Positions 21,075 to 29,144 of a DNA stretch of 64,000 bases are shown one piece after another. Under the pieces are notes generated by a model that saw only the letters and a list, made by a program, of their open reading frames with translations, did no database searches and had not been told where the DNA came from. The position numbers and the translations under genes are program-made. This DNA comes from Candidatus Vogelbacteria bacterium (GTDB lineage Bacteria; Patescibacteriota; Minisyncoccia; Phycocordibacterales; XYD1-FULL-46-19), in NCBI GenBank assembly GCA_021414225.1, contig JAIOOX010000002.1, positions 161,118 to 225,117 of the forward strand, given 5' to 3'. Each line of letters begins with the position of its first letter. The first letter of the stretch is position 1.

Positions 21075-21419
21075 ATGAACCACACTGTTGACGCCACAAA
21101 CAAACCATTAGGCCGACTCGCTTCTGAAATAGCGGTCCTTTTGCGCGGCAAAGACAAAGCAACTTTCGAACGACATATTGATCCAAAAGTGGCTGTGGAA
21201 GTACTTAACGCTAAAGATCTAAAACTAACTGGTACTAAGCTGAATACCAAACTTTATCACCGTTACAGTGGCTACCCAGGTGGTATGAAAGAAAGAACAG
21301 CCGCTGAGGTTATCACTAAAAAAGGTTATGGTGAACTAATCAAAAAAGCTGTTAGAGGAATGCTACCTAACAATAAGTTGCGACCTTTAATGCTTAAACG
21401 CTTAACTATTAACGATTAA
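21075..21419 (+). CDS. rplM: 50S ribosomal protein L13
   Basis: VDAT..PLGRLAS, SGYPGG, VRGMLP. Confidence 0.96.
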   Translation: MNHTVDATNKPLGRLASEIAVLLRGKDKATFERHIDPKVAVEVLNAKDLKLTGTKLNTKLYHRYSGYPGGMKERTAAEVITKKGYGELIKKAVRGMLPNNKLRPLMLKRLTIND

Positions 21420-21427
21420 TTTTCAAT

Positions 21428-21832
21428 ATGGCTACCAAGAAAGACAATCAATATTTCGAAGCTGTCGGTCGTCGCAAGACCGCTGTTGCTCGTGTGCGCT
21501 TAACTCCTAGTACTAAAACTTCTTACGTAGTAAACGGCAAACCTTTGGCTGAATATTTCCCAACCAAAGAACTTCAAGCTTCTGTAGAGAGTTCTTTAGC
21601 TACTACTCCCAACATTCACTTTGCTGTTAGTATTAAAACAATCGGTGGGGGCGTTCACGGCCAAGCTGATGCGGCTAAACTTGGTATCGCTCGCGCTATT
21701 ATCTTAACTGACAGCGAACTACGAACCACTCTTAAACAAGCTAAACTTTTGACCCGTGACCCTCGTGCTAAAGAACGACGTAAGTTCGGTCTCAAAAAAG
21801 CCCGCAAGTCTCCACAGTGGAGTAAGCGCTAA
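21428..21832 (+). CDS. rpsI: 30S ribosomal protein S9; its 3' end is attL and is restored by the prophage
   Basis: GRRKTAVARV, GGGVHGQA, LTRDPR.KERRKFGLKKARKSPQWSKR. Confidence 0.97.
   Translation: MATKKDNQYFEAVGRRKTAVARVRLTPSTKTSYVVNGKPLAEYFPTKELQASVESSLATTPNIHFAVSIKTIGGGVHGQADAAKLGIARAIILTDSELRTTLKQAKLLTRDPRAKERRKFGLKKARKSPQWSKR
21818..21828 (+). repeat. attL core
   Basis: TGGAGTAAGCG, identical to 58231-58241. Confidence 0.88.
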
Positions 21833-21838
21833 TCCGGA

Positions 21839-21887
21839 GATCGTAAGTAAAAGCGCTGGACGCACCCCTCAGTGGTCAAAGCGCTAA
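21839..21887 (+). repeat. Second att-like unit re-encoding the S9 C-terminus (RTPQWSKR-stop)
   Basis: GATCGTAAGTAAAAGCGCTGGA CGC ACC CCT CAG TGG TCA AAG CGC TAA; aligns without gaps to 58197-58245. Confidence 0.85.
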
Positions 21888-21932
21888 CCCTTCGGTCCAA
21901 AGAAGGCTACCTAGATTAAAGAATGAATACGG

Positions 21933-21965
21933 AAAGACACCCGACACCATCGGGTGTCTTTTCTA
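21933..21965 (+). terminator. Phage-supplied intrinsic terminator after rpsI
   Basis: AAAGACACCCGA-CACCA-TCGGGTGTCTTT followed by a T-rich tract. Confidence 0.88.
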
Positions 21966-22078
21966 TTTTGTGGTCAGTAAATCGACCACAGATCACTTGG
22001 CTTAGCCAGAGATGATTGCGGTCGGCTTACTGCTGGTCGTGGCAGTACGGTCCAATTATCAGCTAATAAACGTGATCT

Positions 22079-22207
22079 ATGAATACATATACACCCATAA
22101 GGCGGCTCTACGCCTGGGTCGGATTCATTACCTTGGTCTTTCTGGCGACTAAGGCGGTTATCTGGCTCTTTGTAGCGCATCAAGTCCTTGCACTGTACGG
22201 GTATTGA
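22079..22207 (+). CDS. 42-aa hydrophobic membrane peptide
   Basis: Translated by hand: MNTYTPIRRLYAWVGFITLVFLATKAVIWLFVAHQVLALYGY. Confidence 0.55.
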   Translation: MNTYTPIRRLYAWVGFITLVFLATKAVIWLFVAHQVLALYGY

Positions 22208-22227
22208 GTTAGCTCATCACACCCACT

Positions 22228-22767
22228 ATGCAAGAAGAAAAAAAGCAAAACTTGATACCCAATAGTACGCAGGTCCCAAACTTGATTCTGGATTTGCTGA
22301 TCCCTCAAATTCCCGAGGGAGAAGCGCGCTGTCTTTTATACATATGCCGCCGGACATTCGGTTTTCATAAGGAAGAAGACAACATCAGTTTTACACAATT
22401 TCAAAACGGCATCAGAACAAGCCAGGGAAGATTGCTCGACTTGGGTACAGGAATGTCTCGACCAGCGGTTAATAACGCACTCCAAAACTTAAAAAAGGCG
22501 GAGGTAATTTTCGTGCAAAAAAGATCGATGGGGAATCGATACCGACTCAATCTTGAAATAGATGTGGATAAAGTAGTAAACGTAATTAACCAGTTAAGAA
22601 AGTTAACTGGAAGTGGTAAACGAAGATTACCAAAAGTAGTTAACGAAGTTAACACACAAAACCTAGTGAAAAAAGAGAAACCTAGTATTAGGGACCCTGT
22701 GAATAAGTTATCCACAGAAATGAGAGAACTCACGAAAAAGATGACCATTAATCGCTTCAATCACTAA
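22228..22767 (+). CDS. Phage replication initiator (lambda O-like N-terminal wHTH)
   Basis: TQVPN.ILD, YICRRTFGFHK..DNISFTQF, TGMSRPAVNNAL; internal iteron-like repeats. Confidence 0.8.
   Translation: MQEEKKQNLIPNSTQVPNLILDLLIPQIPEGEARCLLYICRRTFGFHKEEDNISFTQFQNGIRTSQGRLLDLGTGMSRPAVNNALQNLKKAEVIFVQKRSMGNRYRLNLEIDVDKVVNVINQLRKLTGSGKRRLPKVVNEVNTQNLVKKEKPSIRDPVNKLSTEMRELTKKMTINRFNH
22563..22716. promoter_or_regulatory. Putative phage replication origin (iterons plus DnaA boxes)
   Basis: Four imperfect repeats of approximately AGTRGTWAACGWAGTTAAC at 22570-22653. DnaA boxes TGTGGATAA (22563), TGTGAATAA (22698) and TTATCCACA (22708). Confidence 0.65.
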
Positions 22768-22846
22768 CAATAAAAATGAAAATAAATCCAAATACCAAAT
22801 GCACCTTGAAAGGTCGAAATTATCAGACAGTAATCATTATCGACTA

Positions 22847-24046
22847 ATGAAATATCTTAGCCTGTTTTCCGGTATAGGCGGATTCGAGCTAGGAATTCTT
22901 AACGCGCATGTGGAAGCAACTCACAGAAAGGCGATCGGAGCAGGCAAAGCAACTGAGAAGACTCGGGGTGGTAAAAGATACTCGGAGTCTGAAGGTTCTG
23001 GTCCCAAGGGACGACGAGCTCGCCAACACGATCACTTCGGCGGCTCACGACAAGAACCGCTTACTTGCGTGGGTTACTCAGAAATCGACAAGTACGCCGT
23101 TGAGATTTACCAAAAGCGATTCCCCGAACATAAAAATTATGGAGACATCACAAAAATCAAACCAAGTAAGCTCCCCGACTTCGATCTATTGGTCGGAGGA
23201 TTTCCGTGCCAGGCTTTCTCGATTGCTGGAAAAAGGAAAGGCTTCAAAGACACCAGAGGTACGCTCTTTTTTGACATCGCACGCATTCTCAGAAGTAAGA
23301 AGCCAAGGCTTTTCCTTTTGGAGAACGTCAAAGGACTGCTATCTCATGACAGTGGCAATACTTTTAAGACCATTATCTCCACGCTTGCAAAATTGGGGTA
23401 CGACATTCAGTGGCAGGTGCTTAACTCTAAGAATTTCGGAGTCCCTCAGAATCGGGAGCGAGTGTTCATTATTGGACATCTTAGAGGAACAACCCGACCA
23501 AAAGTATTTCCTTTCACCGAAAACAACAGCGAGAATATTGTCCTACCAACCATCACGACACGAGTTACCGCCGACTCAAACGGAACTTATGTTGGTAAAA
23601 GATCGCCACGTCAAATAATCGGGTCCAGAAGCCAAGGCGACAGAGTGTATGACCCAAGTGGGATTTCGGTCACTCTGGCGTCCCAGGCAGGCGGTCTGGG
23701 GGCAAAAACAGGCTTGTATGCGGTGAAGATCAAGGAAGCAACAAAGAAGGGTTATGCCGAAGCTAGACCTGGTCAGGCAATAAATCTGGCGGTCCCGAAT
23801 AGCAAGACAAGACGAGGGCGAGTAAGTGATGTGGCACAGACATTGGATACAGGAATGCAGCAACATACGCTGACTCCTGACATGAAAATCCGCAGACTCA
23901 CTCCAAGAGAATGTGAACGACTCCAAGGCTTTCCGGATGGGTGGACGGATGGCGTGAGTGATTCGCAGAAATATAAAACCTTGGGCAATGCGGTGACAGT
24001 CAATGTGGTCGAAGTGATTATCAGAAAAATAATCTCCTCACTTTGA
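22847..24046 (+). CDS. Phage C5 DNA cytosine methyltransferase
   Basis: LFSGIGG, GGFPCQAFS, LENVKG, PQNRERVF, RRLTPRECERLQGFPD, GNAV; probable ATG at 22847. Confidence 0.93.
   Translation: MKYLSLFSGIGGFELGILNAHVEATHRKAIGAGKATEKTRGGKRYSESEGSGPKGRRARQHDHFGGSRQEPLTCVGYSEIDKYAVEIYQKRFPEHKNYGDITKIKPSKLPDFDLLVGGFPCQAFSIAGKRKGFKDTRGTLFFDIARILRSKKPRLFLLENVKGLLSHDSGNTFKTIISTLAKLGYDIQWQVLNSKNFGVPQNRERVFIIGHLRGTTRPKVFPFTENNSENIVLPTITTRVTADSNGTYVGKRSPRQIIGSRSQGDRVYDPSGISVTLASQAGGLGAKTGLYAVKIKEATKKGYAEARPGQAINLAVPNSKTRRGRVSDVAQTLDTGMQQHTLTPDMKIRRLTPRECERLQGFPDGWTDGVSDSQKYKTLGNAVTVNVVEVIIRKIISSL
22908..23618 (+). CDS. Nested alternative-frame ORF, putative MTase beta-type subunit
   Basis: 236-aa ATG-started ORF lying wholly inside the MTase gene in another frame; ends with SLLDILEEQPDQKYFLSPK. 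Confidence 0.55.
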   Translation: MWKQLTERRSEQAKQLRRLGVVKDTRSLKVLVPRDDELANTITSAAHDKNRLLAWVTQKSTSTPLRFTKSDSPNIKIMETSQKSNQVSSPTSIYWSEDFRARLSRLLEKGKASKTPEVRSFLTSHAFSEVRSQGFSFWRTSKDCYLMTVAILLRPLSPRLQNWGTTFSGRCLTLRISESLRIGSECSLLDILEEQPDQKYFLSPKTTARILSYQPSRHELPPTQTELMLVKDRHVK

Positions 24047-24050
24047 TGCC

Positions 24051-24431
24051 ATGCAAAACATTAATAATCCTCGACACAAACTGGTCCCGCAACAGGTTCA
24101 AGAATTGCAAAGGCTTTTCGAAGATGAGGGGTGGAGACTTAATTGGCTCTCAGTCTTCTTCAAGGTTCACCGCAGCTCGATAATCTTTCACATTCGATTC
24201 AATGGCTGGGTCCGGCGCATGAAAGTGCTCAGACACATGCCAAAGGAGATTGCTGAAATATATCGCTTGAGAAGAAAACAGAAATACGAGAATAAATTCA
24301 GAGGGTCCTACGATTACATCAAGCGGTCGGCCGAGCAGAACAAGATGAACAGTTGCGTACATATCAGATGGGTCAAACGATGCAGTCTCTGTGGCGAAAT
24401 CTTAGGATCAGATGCCACACATAATCATTAA
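24051..24431 (+). CDS. Putative HTH regulator with Cys/His-rich C-terminus (candidate late activator)
   Basis: LNWLSVFFKVHRSSIIFH (HTH-like); CVH..CSLC; located before the packaging genes. Confidence 0.5.
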   Translation: MQNINNPRHKLVPQQVQELQRLFEDEGWRLNWLSVFFKVHRSSIIFHIRFNGWVRRMKVLRHMPKEIAEIYRLRRKQKYENKFRGSYDYIKRSAEQNKMNSCVHIRWVKRCSLCGEILGSDATHNH

Positions 24432-24442
24432 TTAAAATATTT

Positions 24443-24850
24443 ATGAAAAAAGAAAAAATAAAAACAGAAGTAAAACATACACCAAACCCCATCAACCTAT
24501 CAGCTCGCTTTCTGACCGCCCGCCCTGATCTCGTGAGTGCGTGGATTATCGGGGCTCATAGTCTCATTGGAATATTTAAGTCTGAGCATAAAGAAGCATT
24601 AATCGCATATCTTGAGACGGTCCAAGGAGAATTCTTTGCGGCACTCCGCCATCATTGGGAGAAGAAATATCCGGATCAGAAGCTCACCTATACCTTCGGC
24701 ACGATTTGTCGAAATCGAAAAGGTGTAGAACGACTCGTCATCGGTATTCAGCCGACAGAAAAGAAAAAACCAACCTACGAGTACATTGATGACGACGGCA
24801 AGGTCGGCGCCTGCAACGAGTCGAGCATGGTGGGCTGGATGGAGAAATAA
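24443..24850 (+). CDS. Phage hypothetical protein
   Basis: ORF tightly packed within the operon. Confidence 0.6.
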   Translation: MKKEKIKTEVKHTPNPINLSARFLTARPDLVSAWIIGAHSLIGIFKSEHKEALIAYLETVQGEFFAALRHHWEKKYPDQKLTYTFGTICRNRKGVERLVIGIQPTEKKKPTYEYIDDDGKVGACNESSMVGWMEK

Positions 24851-24858
24851 AACTTAGC

Positions 24859-25488
24859 ATGAGTGAGAAATTGCAAAAAAGAGAACCTTATCGACCACTT
24901 TCGATCCCTGAAAAGGATCTCTTGTTTGCCTTTTACGATAAGCACAATGGGAACATGATTGCGATGTCTCGTGACAGAGAGTCCCAATTTAAGGCCTACA
25001 GCCAAATAAAATACTATTGCGCCTTCTATCATTTTCACGAACGCTACAGCCAAATAAAGCTAGAAAGAGCCACAAAACTAATCGATTCTCTCAAGGATTC
25101 AAAGATTCTAGCCATTCAGCAGGCTATACACCTCATCGAAACACGCCAAATTCCTCTCAAGAATAAGCAAGGAGACCTGATATTGGATGCTGATGGCCAG
25201 CCCATGTTTTACTCCCTTGGTCCCGACCATAAGGAAATAGAGATGGCCTGGAAGATTATCAAGACCGAATTGGGTGAGCCTACAACAATCGGTAAGCACG
25301 ATCACACCTCAAAAGGTGAGCGTATGAGAGGTTTATTCGATTTCAACGAGAAAGAGGCTGAGGATCATGAGTCGATATTTAAACGAGATGATAAACAAAC
25401 AACCGACAACAACATTAAAACCAGTGACAGCGGAGGGGTTAAAGACTCTCAGGATGGCACGGAAGGAGGCGCGTACGAAACACGCTAA
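24859..25488 (+). CDS. Putative terminase small subunit
   Basis: Directly upstream of and overlapping terL; KHDHTSKGE tail typical of TerS. Confidence 0.6.
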   Translation: MSEKLQKREPYRPLSIPEKDLLFAFYDKHNGNMIAMSRDRESQFKAYSQIKYYCAFYHFHERYSQIKLERATKLIDSLKDSKILAIQQAIHLIETRQIPLKNKQGDLILDADGQPMFYSLGPDHKEIEMAWKIIKTELGEPTTIGKHDHTSKGERMRGLFDFNEKEAEDHESIFKRDDKQTTDNNIKTSDSGGVKDSQDGTEGGAYETR

Positions 25489-27067
25489 AGAACATTTCGG
25501 ATACTTCCTCGCATACTATCTGCCACATTATGTTCGTAGTGAATTTGCTCCGTATCACTACGATATGATGGGTGACTTTCATGATCTCGTCGAATTAAAG
25601 ATCAATGAGCTTGCATGGTTTATGTATCGAGAAAGTGCGAAAACAAGTTTTGCAAAGGGTGGCATTTTATATCTCCTTGCATATGGTTTGGCTGAATATC
25701 CAAATGTCGATTCTCTTGATGGTGATAATAGCGAAAGAATTCTCTATGACGTTACTTGGGAGCTGCAAACCAATAAGCGATTCATTGACGATTTCGGAGA
25801 GCTTCATGTAGGTAAAAGGACGCAAGACCAAGTCAGTCAAAAAAGAGTATCGAACTTTGTCACTAACCCTTTGTTCGATGAGAAGGGAAATATTCTTAGA
25901 ATAGGAGCTCGTGTAGAAGCTCACACAACGAATGAAGATGCTAGAGGATTCCAACACAATAGCAAACGTCCAGACTTTCTGTTACTCGATGACTTTGAGA
26001 CAAAGAAAAGTGTACGCAGTGAAGTCATGACGAAATCAGTTCGAGATCACATCGGAGAATTCAAAGGAGGTATCGCCAGTGAAGCTCAAAGAATTCTTTA
26101 TCTTGGGAACTACTTCAGCGAGTATGGAAATATTCAAAGCATCATTAATCGGGCAGATCATGATCCGAAACTTAGAGTACGAATCGTACCTATCTGCCAA
26201 GGAACACTTGGAGATTTATATGACCCTACGTGGCCTCAGCGTTGGGTACTGACTGATAAAGAAGCAGAGAATACTGCTAAAGCCAGCATCGAATCGAAAC
26301 AGCGAAGTATGTGGACACCTGAAGAAGGTGACACTGACTTCCAGGCTGAAATGCTCTGTCAGCCAATCGATGAGACCAAAACGATATTCAAGCGTGAATG
26401 GTATATGCCGATTACATGGGATGCGCTTATGCAAAAGAAACTTGCTGTGTATGTGACTATCGATACTCCAAGTAGGAAGGAAGATGGCGGAGTCAGCAAG
26501 GACGGAGACTTCGTAGGAATCTGTGTGAATTGGGTCGACAGAGAAGGCAAATGGCATCTCAAAGCTTGGAGAGAAAAGCTTGGTCCCACTGCCATCATCG
26601 AGAAGATGTTCGGAGTCTATAACTTCTTGATTCAAGCGGGTACTCCACCGATCAAGTTTGGATGGGAAGATACCGCATTTACTCGAGGGCTTGAACCGAT
26701 GCTTAGACATGAACAGAGAATGCGACAAATATTCTTACCTCTCATGTGGCTCAAACACGAGGGCAGATCAAAGCAAGACCGAATTCGTACCGGATTACTC
26801 TATCGATACGAAACTCGAAGCATCTACCATCTCGAAAGCGAATGCAGAGACCTTGAAAACGAGCTAGTTCGCTTTCCTGATGCAGAACATGATGACACAA
26901 GCGATGCTACGGCATATCAAAGCGACATTGCACGTCCTGCTGGAGTAGAGAAACCGAGAGACCCTAGACCAGAAAGGGTAATGGAGACTCCTTATGGCAA
27001 GGTAAAGCCTGCATACGAGGATGAATTGGTCGATGAAGGTCCTCAATACCCTGACATTGGCATCTAA
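25367..27067 (+). CDS. Terminase large subunit (start may be 25454)
   Basis: Walker A variant YRESAKTS, RPDFLLLDD Walker B, FQAEM, nuclease VTID ... FP.AEHDDTSDA. Confidence 0.88.
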   Translation: MSRYLNEMINKQPTTTLKPVTAEGLKTLRMARKEARTKHAKEHFGYFLAYYLPHYVRSEFAPYHYDMMGDFHDLVELKINELAWFMYRESAKTSFAKGGILYLLAYGLAEYPNVDSLDGDNSERILYDVTWELQTNKRFIDDFGELHVGKRTQDQVSQKRVSNFVTNPLFDEKGNILRIGARVEAHTTNEDARGFQHNSKRPDFLLLDDFETKKSVRSEVMTKSVRDHIGEFKGGIASEAQRILYLGNYFSEYGNIQSIINRADHDPKLRVRIVPICQGTLGDLYDPTWPQRWVLTDKEAENTAKASIESKQRSMWTPEEGDTDFQAEMLCQPIDETKTIFKREWYMPITWDALMQKKLAVYVTIDTPSRKEDGGVSKDGDFVGICVNWVDREGKWHLKAWREKLGPTAIIEKMFGVYNFLIQAGTPPIKFGWEDTAFTRGLEPMLRHEQRMRQIFLPLMWLKHEGRSKQDRIRTGLLYRYETRSIYHLESECRDLENELVRFPDAEHDDTSDATAYQSDIARPAGVEKPRDPRPERVMETPYGKVKPAYEDELVDEGPQYPDIGI

Positions 27068-27074
27068 AGAAAAA

Positions 27075-27092
27075 GTAATGCACGCAATTTTG
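27075..27092 (+). promoter_or_regulatory. Phage late-promoter motif, copy 1
   Basis: GTAATGCACGCAATTTTG, then CATACT, upstream of the portal gene. Confidence 0.75.
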
Positions 27093-27121
27093 CAATTTTC
27101 GAGCATCATACTGAACTCAAT

Positions 27122-29131
27122 ATGGCATTAGCCCACTATAAAAAACGAGACACACTTTCATCTCAATCTCTCAAAGAGATCGACTACTCGTATCGATACA
27201 AGAAAGCTCGAATGAGCTCGTGGAACAAGAACGAGGACATGATGAATCCTGATCGGGTAAGTCCCTCGGTTGTTTCTCCATATGGAGGCAATACTTTCCA
27301 ACAAGCGGGTGATACCCGAGCTCAAGTGCCTCTCTACAAGATGCACGGATTCGTACACACGATTCTCTCGAAGATAGATAGTCCTCTCACATTCAAATAC
27401 ATAAAAGGTGAGTCAGCAGATTTGAAGAAGGCAAAGCTGATGAACGCAATCAAGGAGAAAGATTCTAAAACTGGAAGGTGGAATTTCAAAGACTTGATGG
27501 GTAAGCGAGATGCTGCTATTTATGGCAGAACAATTTATCTGTACATGACTCGAAATGATAAGGGAGCGTACAAGAGTCTCCTCAATCTCATTGATCCAAA
27601 AGACTTTCTCATCGACCCTGACGTAGGTGGTCTATGCACTGAAGAAGAAGACGGGAGCGGAGTTGAGAAAGCCCTGTATCTCGGATGGTGGAATACAAAG
27701 CTCACTCGTGCTCAGCTTACACAAGGAGTCAAGGATGGAATTTATTACAAAAAGGTTGTCGAGGATTTGCTTGAGGGTGGAGGTAACAATACAACCAAAA
27801 CTCAACAGGATATCGATAAGGACAATCGAAAGATGAGCGGAGCTCCTCGAGAGCGTTTCAAGAATGAGAATCAATTTATTTTCTATACATGGATTACTAC
27901 TGACGAGAACGATGATCGGTATTACTTGGTTCTGACTCCATCTGGTGATTGTATTCGGTGTGAGAAATGGGTAGACATACGAAAGAGCGGAAAATATCCG
28001 ATATGGACATGGGCAGCTTTCCCCGACCCTCGAGAATTCTGGACACCCTCATACTGTGATTACGCACGGGGCATCTTTATGGCTCAGGAAAAGAGTATCA
28101 ATCAGTCACTTGATAACTCAGAGCAAATCAATCGTCCTCAAACTGCGGTAAACGTAGACTATGTACGTAATCTTGCTCAAGTTAGATATCGAAAGGACGG
28201 CTACATCGAGATTGAGGGAAATATTGATGTGAACAAAGTGCTTCAAACACGTCAGACTCCGCCGATTCAAGGTCCGTTCATGGTGTATGACAAACTAGAA
28301 ACGATTGTCGAGGGTGAAAGCGGTGTGACGGCAGGGGTTAAAGGAGTAGGAAATGAAGATACTCTAGGAATTTACGAAGGAAATATTGCACAAGCAGGTG
28401 ATCGTTTCGGACTCTTGAATAAGAGCTATGCCGAAGGCTACTATCGATTTGCAGTTCTACATAAAGAGGGAGTGATGCAAGATTTGAAGAAGAAAACAGC
28501 TGTCCAGATTCTCGGTCCTATGGGTCTTGAGATAGAAATGGTCACATCTCGAGATTTAAAGCCGTACCAAAACGATTATGACATTCTTGTTGAATCAAGT
28601 AGCGCTGAAGCACAAAACAATGCAGCAGAAAGCAAGAATAAAATAACATTTCTCAGTGAATACAAAGGAGATCAAACAATCAATCAGAAAGTTTTATTTG
28701 AAACACAAGCGGCTATCGCAGGCGTTGATGATGACACAGTTAAAAGACTACTCGATACGAGTGATTACGATGCAATCGAAGTCGTAGCACAAGCAGATGA
28801 AGCATTCCAACTAATTATTGGTGGTCATAAAGCTCCTCTCTACAAAGATGCAAACACTGCATTCCTACAAAGACTCCATGATCTATCCGATAAATACGAC
28901 CATGAGCTTACTTCCGAACAACACAGTGCCGTATTTGCCTACATCGAGCAAATAACACCAGTTGTAGAGCAGAACGCAGCACGTTCGGTTGTAGCTCAGG
29001 CAGCAAAGCAAGGCATGATCAGCGGTCCTGGTGGTGCGGTCGATATTACACCCACAGACGACAAGATTGATCCTGCCATGCGAGGTGATCCTGTGGCAGA
29101 AGCGGCAAAAACCGCAACATTAACAAAATAA
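27122..29131 (+). CDS. Portal protein (P22-like size)
   Basis: 669 aa directly after terL; DPKDFLIDP, SINQSLDN; the call rests mostly on synteny. Confidence 0.75.
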   Translation: MALAHYKKRDTLSSQSLKEIDYSYRYKKARMSSWNKNEDMMNPDRVSPSVVSPYGGNTFQQAGDTRAQVPLYKMHGFVHTILSKIDSPLTFKYIKGESADLKKAKLMNAIKEKDSKTGRWNFKDLMGKRDAAIYGRTIYLYMTRNDKGAYKSLLNLIDPKDFLIDPDVGGLCTEEEDGSGVEKALYLGWWNTKLTRAQLTQGVKDGIYYKKVVEDLLEGGGNNTTKTQQDIDKDNRKMSGAPRERFKNENQFIFYTWITTDENDDRYYLVLTPSGDCIRCEKWVDIRKSGKYPIWTWAAFPDPREFWTPSYCDYARGIFMAQEKSINQSLDNSEQINRPQTAVNVDYVRNLAQVRYRKDGYIEIEGNIDVNKVLQTRQTPPIQGPFMVYDKLETIVEGESGVTAGVKGVGNEDTLGIYEGNIAQAGDRFGLLNKSYAEGYYRFAVLHKEGVMQDLKKKTAVQILGPMGLEIEMVTSRDLKPYQNDYDILVESSSAEAQNNAAESKNKITFLSEYKGDQTINQKVLFETQAAIAGVDDDTVKRLLDTSDYDAIEVVAQADEAFQLIIGGHKAPLYKDANTAFLQRLHDLSDKYDHELTSEQHSAVFAYIEQITPVVEQNAARSVVAQAAKQGMISGPGGAVDITPTDDKIDPAMRGDPVAEAAKTATLTK

Positions 29132-29144
29132 TCAATATAAATTT

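Noticed and set aside
21800-21914. Repeats after rpsI as a mini CRISPR array
   Set aside because: Units are degenerate coding mimics with no constant repeat/unique spacer pattern, and there are no cas genes
21974-22183. 69-aa minus-strand ORF as repressor or excisionase
   Set aside because: No HTH or other motif; overlaps a more plausible + strand TM peptide and structured RNA
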